A stretch of 32,000 nt of DNA from Okeania sp. (GTDB lineage Bacteria > Cyanobacteriota > Cyanobacteriia > Cyanobacteriales > Microcoleaceae). The stretch is from positions 9,783 to 41,782 of the forward strand of contig NZ_JAYKGW010000183.1 in the NCBI RefSeq assembly GCF_035285525.1, in the 5' to 3' direction. Positions 27,045 through 32,000 of the stretch are shown piece by piece. The translations under genes were made by a program, and so were the position numbers. Under the pieces are notes generated by a model. It saw only the letters and a program-made list of their open reading frames with translations, had not been told where the DNA came from and searched no databases. The first letter of the stretch is position 1; each line of letters opens with the position of its first letter.

Positions 27045-29552
27045 ATGTTCAGGATTGAACAATTACCACAAATTAAAATTTCTCAAAAGTTACAACTTTG
27101 GTGGCAAAACAACCGAAAAAAGAACAAATCATCCCGCAGTTTTATGTTGAATTTCCTGGTTGGAAGTACAACTGTAATAGTGAGTATTTCTGCTGTTTAT
27201 AGTTATAGAGTTGTTCGGTATTTGATTCTAGATAATTTAAAAGAAAATGCTTTGTTGGAGGTAAAAGTAGGAGCTAATAATATTGATAAATGGTTGGCTA
27301 GTAGAAAAATTGAGATACTAACTACAAGCAATACTCCTACTTTCCGAACTATGGATTGGTCAATAGTTGAACCTTTATTAAAATATAAACAATTGCGATC
27401 GCCAGATTTTTTATTCTTTTCGATGATTAATCTGGATGGTTCTTTTTATACTAGCAAAGTAGGTAAAGCTAAAGCCAATCTGAAAGATTTCAAGTACATT
27501 AAACGGGCTATTGCTGGTGATGTAAATGTTTCCGATCCACTCAATTCTTCTACGGTTAATAGACTCATGGTTTTTATTGCTGCCCCTGTTTCCTCAGATT
27601 CTTCTAACATGAAAGAACCAATAGGAGTTATAACAGGTGCAATCCCCATCAACCGGATGACAGAAGTAGTCAATAGTTTACAATATGGTCCTAATAGTTA
27701 TGCTTTTGCTCTTAATTCCCAAGGAAAGTCAATATTTTGCCCTGAGTCAAAAATCAAAGGCAAGGGGAACAAACCTAATATCAATTTTTTAGCGTCGGAA
27801 AACCCCAACATCAAAAATATTACTAGAAAAATGGTCGCTAAGGAGAAGGGGATAGAATTAGTCGAAATAAATAAACAAAAAGTTTATCTTGCTTACATTC
27901 CCATAGAAGAAGCAGATTGGTCTTTGGGTTTAATCATTCCTAGAGAAAATATTGAATCCCAACTCAAAGCACTAAATCTGATGGCTTTAGTAGTTCTGAG
28001 TTTAACCATGACGATGATTATAGTATTGTGGAAGGTGCAATCATTTGAACAAAATCAACTCAAAAAGACAAAAGAAGCTGCTGAGACTGCTAACGAAGCT
28101 AAAAGCGAGTTTCTGGCAAATATGAGTCACGAGTTACGCACCCCTCTTAACGGGATTCTTGGTTACGCTCAAATTATGAATAATTCTCAGTCTTGGGGAG
28201 AAAAAGAACAGAAAGGGATTAGAGTTATTGCTCAATGTGGTTCTCACTTATTAACTCTGATTGATGATATTCTAGATATTTCTAAAATAGAAGCTCAGAA
28301 ACTGGATTTAGAACCCCATGATTTTCATTTTCCTGCTTTTCTGCAAGGAGTTGTTGAAGTTATTCGGATTAAAGCAGAGCAAAAAAGAATTGAATTGGTT
28401 TATCAAGCAGACTCCAATCTACCTATTGGTATAATTGCAGATGAAAAACGCTTGCGCCAAGTTTTAATAAATTTATTAGGTAATGCGGTCAAATTTACTG
28501 ATACTGGTAAAGTCGTTTTTAGAGTCAAAAATTCCCCAGAGCAGTCAAGTCAGAGTCTAGAATTATCCGAGAATCAAACTCAAGTAACACCTGATTCTAA
28601 CTCCCATCCATCTAAAACAATTAAATTTACAGTTCAAGATACAGGAGTTGGGATTCCAGAAGACAAAATTGAGACTATTTTTGCTCCTTTTGAACAAGTA
28701 GGAGCGCCAGCGAAGAAGTCTCAAGGAACAGGATTAGGGTTAGCTATTAGTAGTCAAATGGTTAAACTTATGGGTTCAGAGATTAAAGTAAAAAGTCAGT
28801 TGGGTGTAGGTAGTACATTTTCCTTTGCAGTTAAATTTCCTCTTAGTTATGATTTGGTGCAATCATCTTCTCATCTAGATGGAAAACAGATTATTGGTTA
28901 TGAAGGAGGAGAAAAAACTATTCTCGTTATTGACGATCGCTGGGAAAATCGCTCTGTACTGATTAATTTACTGAAACCACTTGGTTTTACTACTGTGGAA
29001 GCGGAAAATGGTTCTGAAGGTTTAGCTAAAATAGAACAACTGAAACCAGATTTAGTTGTTACAGATTTATATATGCCAACAGAGGATGGTTTTGAGATGC
29101 TTAAGGAACTGCGGACTTCAGATGAACTCAAAGATTTGCGGGTGATTGTTTCTTCAGCTTCCGTATCAAATATAGATCGCCAATACGGTCTTGATGCTGG
29201 TGGGGATGATTTTTTGCCTAAACCTGTTAATGCACAAGAGTTGTTTAAAATGTTGGAAACACATTTAGAAATTGAATGGAAATATTCTCAAATAGAAAAT
29301 CTGGAAATAAGTTCGCGATCGCCCGTTTTAAGTACAGTTATTGACAAATCTCAAGTCTTAGCTCCACCAGTTGAGGAGTTAGAAATATTACTCGATTTAG
29401 TACGGAGAGGAAATCTGCAAAAATTAATTGAAAAAGCTGAACAACTTCAGCAGTTAGACTCGAAATATACTTCTTTTATTGAACCAATTTTACAATGGGC
29501 AGATAATTTTCAAGCAGATGAAATAGAAGATTTTATTATGAGTTTTTGTTAG
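27045..29552 (+). CDS. Hybrid sensor histidine kinase/response regulator with an extracytoplasmic dCache-like sensor
   Basis: 835 aa. TM, ~270-aa periplasmic region, TM. H-box SHELRTPLN, N-box LLGNAVKFT, G1 DTGVGI, G2 GTGLGL. REC with ILVIDD...VVTDLYMP...K. About 110-aa C-terminal extension. Confidence 0.9.
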   Translation: MFRIEQLPQIKISQKLQLWWQNNRKKNKSSRSFMLNFLVGSTTVIVSISAVYSYRVVRYLILDNLKENALLEVKVGANNIDKWLASRKIEILTTSNTPTFRTMDWSIVEPLLKYKQLRSPDFLFFSMINLDGSFYTSKVGKAKANLKDFKYIKRAIAGDVNVSDPLNSSTVNRLMVFIAAPVSSDSSNMKEPIGVITGAIPINRMTEVVNSLQYGPNSYAFALNSQGKSIFCPESKIKGKGNKPNINFLASENPNIKNITRKMVAKEKGIELVEINKQKVYLAYIPIEEADWSLGLIIPRENIESQLKALNLMALVVLSLTMTMIIVLWKVQSFEQNQLKKTKEAAETANEAKSEFLANMSHELRTPLNGILGYAQIMNNSQSWGEKEQKGIRVIAQCGSHLLTLIDDILDISKIEAQKLDLEPHDFHFPAFLQGVVEVIRIKAEQKRIELVYQADSNLPIGIIADEKRLRQVLINLLGNAVKFTDTGKVVFRVKNSPEQSSQSLELSENQTQVTPDSNSHPSKTIKFTVQDTGVGIPEDKIETIFAPFEQVGAPAKKSQGTGLGLAISSQMVKLMGSEIKVKSQLGVGSTFSFAVKFPLSYDLVQSSSHLDGKQIIGYEGGEKTILVIDDRWENRSVLINLLKPLGFTTVEAENGSEGLAKIEQLKPDLVVTDLYMPTEDGFEMLKELRTSDELKDLRVIVSSASVSNIDRQYGLDAGGDDFLPKPVNAQELFKMLETHLEIEWKYSQIENLEISSRSPVLSTVIDKSQVLAPPVEELEILLDLVRRGNLQKLIEKAEQLQQLDSKYTSFIEPILQWADNFQADEIEDFIMSFC

Positions 29553-29570
29553 GGTTAAAAGAGGAAGTAG

Positions 29571-30292
29571 GAAGTAAAAAGTAGGAGAAAAGAATTGATG
29601 ATTTATGTTAGATAATTTTTGCAGTTCCAGCATCCTGCTTGTTATAGGATGGAAGTCTGAAATGCAAAGATAGAGATTAATCATTAAATATACCTCACTT
29701 TCCTCAAAAGTGCTGTAAATCACCGATTTCTATAGCAAGTCCTGTTAATATGGTAATCCTAAATAGGTTGTAAATAATTAACAATTAACAATTAATAATT
29801 AATAATTACCTTTTCTTGATTAGAAAAGGATTGGTTAAAAGGAATTTTTTTTCTATGAAGGGAGTAAAAGTAGGAGAAAAGAATTGATGATTTATGTTAG
29901 ATAATTTTTGCAGTTCCAGCATCCTGTTTGTTATAGGATGGAAGTCTGAAATGCAAAGATAGAGATTAATCATTAAATATACCTCACTTTCCTCAAAATT
30001 GCTGTAAATCACCGGTTTCTATAGTAAGTATTCAGCAGTCAGCTATTGTGACTGGAAAAGAGTATAATTTAGTTATGACTGACGTAAACCAACCAAGAAA
30101 CTGGGTTTATTGCCATGATATTGTTGTTCAAACCAAGAAATTTCCTTGATCAACCCGGTTTCTGCGTAAGTCCTGCTAATATAGCAATCCTAAATAGGTT
30201 GTAAATAATTAATAATTAACAATTAATAATTACCTTTTCTTGAGCAGAAGAGGATTAGTTAAAAGCAATTTTTTGATTTTTTTTGTATGAAT
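29571..30292. repeat. Tandem duplication of a ~289-bp non-coding unit directly after the kinase stop; second unit interrupted by an insertion
   Basis: GTAGGAGAAAAGAATTGATG... starts at 29581 and 29870. The units are near-identical apart from the insertion at 30030-30171. Confidence 0.85.
30030..30171. mobile_element. ~142-bp insertion (composite of dispersed repeats) in unit 2 of the tandem duplication
   Basis: Filled site: CTATAGTAAGT[insert...GCGTAAGT]CCTGCTAAT. Empty site in unit 1: CTATAGCAAGTCCTGTTAAT (29731-29750). Contains ATTCAGCAGTCAGC and CCGGTTTCTGCGTAAGTCCTG, motifs seen elsewhere in the window. Confidence 0.65.
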
Positions 30293-30335
30293 AGAGAGAC
30301 TTTATACCTTAATCATTCGGTAAAATTTGATTGTA

Positions 30336-30396
30336 GGGGTTTGGTCTCCAAATCCCTTAGTGTTTCCCTTTGGAGACCAAACCCCTCAAGTTTTTT
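30336..30396 (+). terminator. Very strong hairpin plus T-run (terminator-like or MITE core)
   Basis: GGGGTTTGGTCTCCAAA / TTTGGAGACCAAACCCC perfect 17-bp stem, 16-nt loop, then TCAAGTTTTTTC. Outer inverted repeat AATCATTCG...CGAATGATT. Confidence 0.5.
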
Positions 30397-30546
30397 CTAA
30401 CGAATGATTTCATATTGCTATAGTAACTTTAATTTTCCTTGAAAAATATTTTTTCTTCCAAGAGAATCAGATAATGATTTAATAAATTATAACTGACGGA
30501 TTAATGCTTAGGATTTTTTTAGAAAAAAAAAAGGAATAGTAAATTA

Positions 30547-31815
30547 ATGACAAGTAAACTTAGTTCAGAATACATTTTAGTTGTAGATGATACTCTAACT
30601 AATCTTAAAGTAATGGTTCAAACTTTAAGTGAAGAAGGATATGAAGTTCGCACAGCAACTAGCGGTGAACGAGCAATCAAACAAATTTCTTATGATTCAC
30701 CACATTTAATTTTGCTAGATATACAAATGCCTGGTATTGATGGATTTGAAACTTGTAAAAAATTAAAAGAAAACCCAGAAACAAAAGAAATTCCAGTAAT
30801 TTTTATGACTGCTCTTTCAGACCCTAAAAGCATAGTTAAAGGTTTTAAATTAGGAGCCGTAGATTATATTACTAAACCATTTCAAGCAGTTGAAGTTTTG
30901 GCTAGGGTAAAAACTCACATACATTTACAACAATTAAGAAACAATCTAGAAAAAGAAGTAGCTAAAAAAACTAATGAACTTACTGAAGCTTTAGATCAAT
31001 TAAAAACATCTCAAGCAAAACTAATTCAAACGGAAAAAATGTCGGCATTAGGAGAATTAATGACTGGAGTAGCTAATGAATTAAATCATCCTATTGGGAC
31101 AATTTATAGTAATTCTTATCATATAGAAACCTATATTAAAAATCTCTTCTATCACTTATCTCTTTATCAAAAAAATTATCCTCATCCTGTGGCAGAAATT
31201 ATTAAAAATGCTGAAGAAATAGATCTAAATTTCTTGATTGAAGATTTCCCTAAAATGGTTATTTCTATGAAGGCAAGTTCGGAAAGAATTAAATACCTAA
31301 GCACCTCTTTACAAAAATTTGATAAAAAAACTATTTTGAAAATTCATGACAGTATTGATAGCACTCTATTAATTATGAAGCATCGCCTGCAAGCTAATCA
31401 TGATCGTCCAGCTATTAAAGTAGTCAAAAAATATGGAGATGTACTCAAAATTGAATGTTTTCGCGGACAATTAAATCAGGTATTTGTGAATCTAATTTCT
31501 CATGCTATTCATCGAATTAATAAGTTGGGTAAAAAAATAGGTTTTTCTAACTGGCAAGTCGAACCTCAAATTGTAATTCAGACTGAAATGAATGAGGATA
31601 GAACCAAAGTAATTATTAAAATTAAAGACAACGGTGTGGAAATGTCAGAAGAAGTTAATGCAAAAATTTTCGATCCGGTTGCTAATATTAAAGAAACGGG
31701 TTTAAGTCTGTCTATTACTCATCAAATTGTGGTAGAAAATCATAATGGCAAAGTTTATTTTGAGTCAAGTTTAAATCATGGTTCAGAATTTATTTTGGAA
31801 TTACCAATAGAGTAA
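30547..31815 (+). CDS. Response-regulator receiver fused to a histidine-kinase-like domain with degenerate catalytic boxes
   Basis: 422 aa. REC: VVDD...LLDIQMPGIDG...K. Coiled coil. The kinase-like part reads GVANELNHPIG, NLISHAIHRI, DNGVEM and ETGLSLSI where H, N, G1 and G2 boxes are expected. Confidence 0.85.
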   Translation: MTSKLSSEYILVVDDTLTNLKVMVQTLSEEGYEVRTATSGERAIKQISYDSPHLILLDIQMPGIDGFETCKKLKENPETKEIPVIFMTALSDPKSIVKGFKLGAVDYITKPFQAVEVLARVKTHIHLQQLRNNLEKEVAKKTNELTEALDQLKTSQAKLIQTEKMSALGELMTGVANELNHPIGTIYSNSYHIETYIKNLFYHLSLYQKNYPHPVAEIIKNAEEIDLNFLIEDFPKMVISMKASSERIKYLSTSLQKFDKKTILKIHDSIDSTLLIMKHRLQANHDRPAIKVVKKYGDVLKIECFRGQLNQVFVNLISHAIHRINKLGKKIGFSNWQVEPQIVIQTEMNEDRTKVIIKIKDNGVEMSEEVNAKIFDPVANIKETGLSLSITHQIVVENHNGKVYFESSLNHGSEFILELPIE

Positions 31816-31818
31816 ATT

Positions 31819-31846
31819 CAAAAGTTAAAAGTCAAAAGTCAAAAGT
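31819..31846. repeat. STRR-type tandem heptamer (C/T)AAAAGT, 4 copies, right after the stop codon
   Basis: CAAAAGT TAAAAGT CAAAAGT CAAAAGT. Confidence 0.8.
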
Positions 31847-31877
31847 TAGAAATTAGTAGATATAATAAATTCCCAAG

Positions 31878-31910
31878 TAGGTTGGGTTGAGGAAACGAAA
31901 CCCAACAAAA
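31878..31910. repeat. REP-like palindromic dispersed repeat
   Basis: GTAGGTTGGGTTGAGGAAACGAAACCCAACAAA. Confidence 0.8.
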
Positions 31911-31948
31911 ATACTTCCTCTACTCCCCTATTCCCTAAAAAAAACATT

Positions 31949-32000
31949 ATGGATTTTGATAGAGTAGATATATTTGCTGAAACTAAATATCCTGGTAATT
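31949..32000 (+). CDS. N-terminal 17 codons of a gene running off the window, possibly PhzF-family isomerase
   Basis: MDFDRVDIFAETKYPGN resembles the PhzF-family N-terminus (VDVFT...GNP). Far too short to be sure. Confidence 0.3.
   Translation, partial: MDFDRVDIFAETKYPGN

Noticed and set aside
3109-28131. Antisense or off-frame ORFs nested in clear genes (3109-3360, 6779-7219, 8492-8695, 9789-9974, 10454-10690, 10731-10976, 12551-12790, 15004-15216, 17151-17357, 18222-18419, 20591-20782, 21235-21426, 22964-23374, 23137-23349, 24007-24192, 25795-26100, 27446-27673, 28898-29131)
   Set aside because: Each is fully or largely contained in a longer ORF with strong family motifs on the other strand or in another frame. 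None shows motifs of its own.
29490-30012. Two paralogous 68-77-aa minus-strand ORFs (MIYS.FEESEVYLMINLYLCISDFHPIT...)
   Set aside because: Their similarity is explained by the DNA duplication. They diverge completely after ...FFSPTF, where the repeat unit ends, and one runs antisense into the kinase 3' end. At most the shorter internal ORF could be real; it is kept only as a low-confidence idea in a finding.

Overview
This is low-GC sequence rich in HIP1 sites (GCGATCGC), with STRR-type tandem heptamers and several dispersed small-repeat/MITE families. That is the signature of a heterocystous (Nostocales-type) cyanobacterial chromosome. Core genes: a HAD hydrolase; an AapJQMP/NatFGH-BgtA-type polar amino-acid ABC importer; a Zn-dependent alcohol dehydrogenase; cobalamin-dependent methionine synthase metH; a dCache hybrid histidine kinase; and a REC-fused kinase-like protein with degenerate catalytic boxes. 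The four importer genes are pushed apart by repeat-filled spacers and by an inserted AT-rich type II R-M pair whose REase looks frameshifted. An accessory island lies between adh and metH (about 13.3-22.1 kb) and has four parts. (i) An ABC-type AAA_21 ATPase + RloB/TOPRIM two-gene module (AbiL/OLD-like defence candidate). It is flanked upstream by a decayed copy of its own promoter and 5' end. Downstream is a 2.75-copy ~324-bp tandem array in which each unit carries the last 14 codons of the RloB gene, a sigma70-like promoter and a terminator-like hairpin (candidate tandem sRNA genes or cassette-turnover scars). (ii) An uncharacterised, translationally coupled three-gene operon with a repeated operator-like motif. 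(iii) A graveyard of toxin-antitoxin modules in different states of decay. (iv) A co-translated SAM-methyltransferase plus a trans-prenyltransferase-fold protein lacking canonical Asp-rich motifs. No rRNA, tRNA or CRISPR array was seen. All calls come from hand translation and motif memory; no database search was possible.
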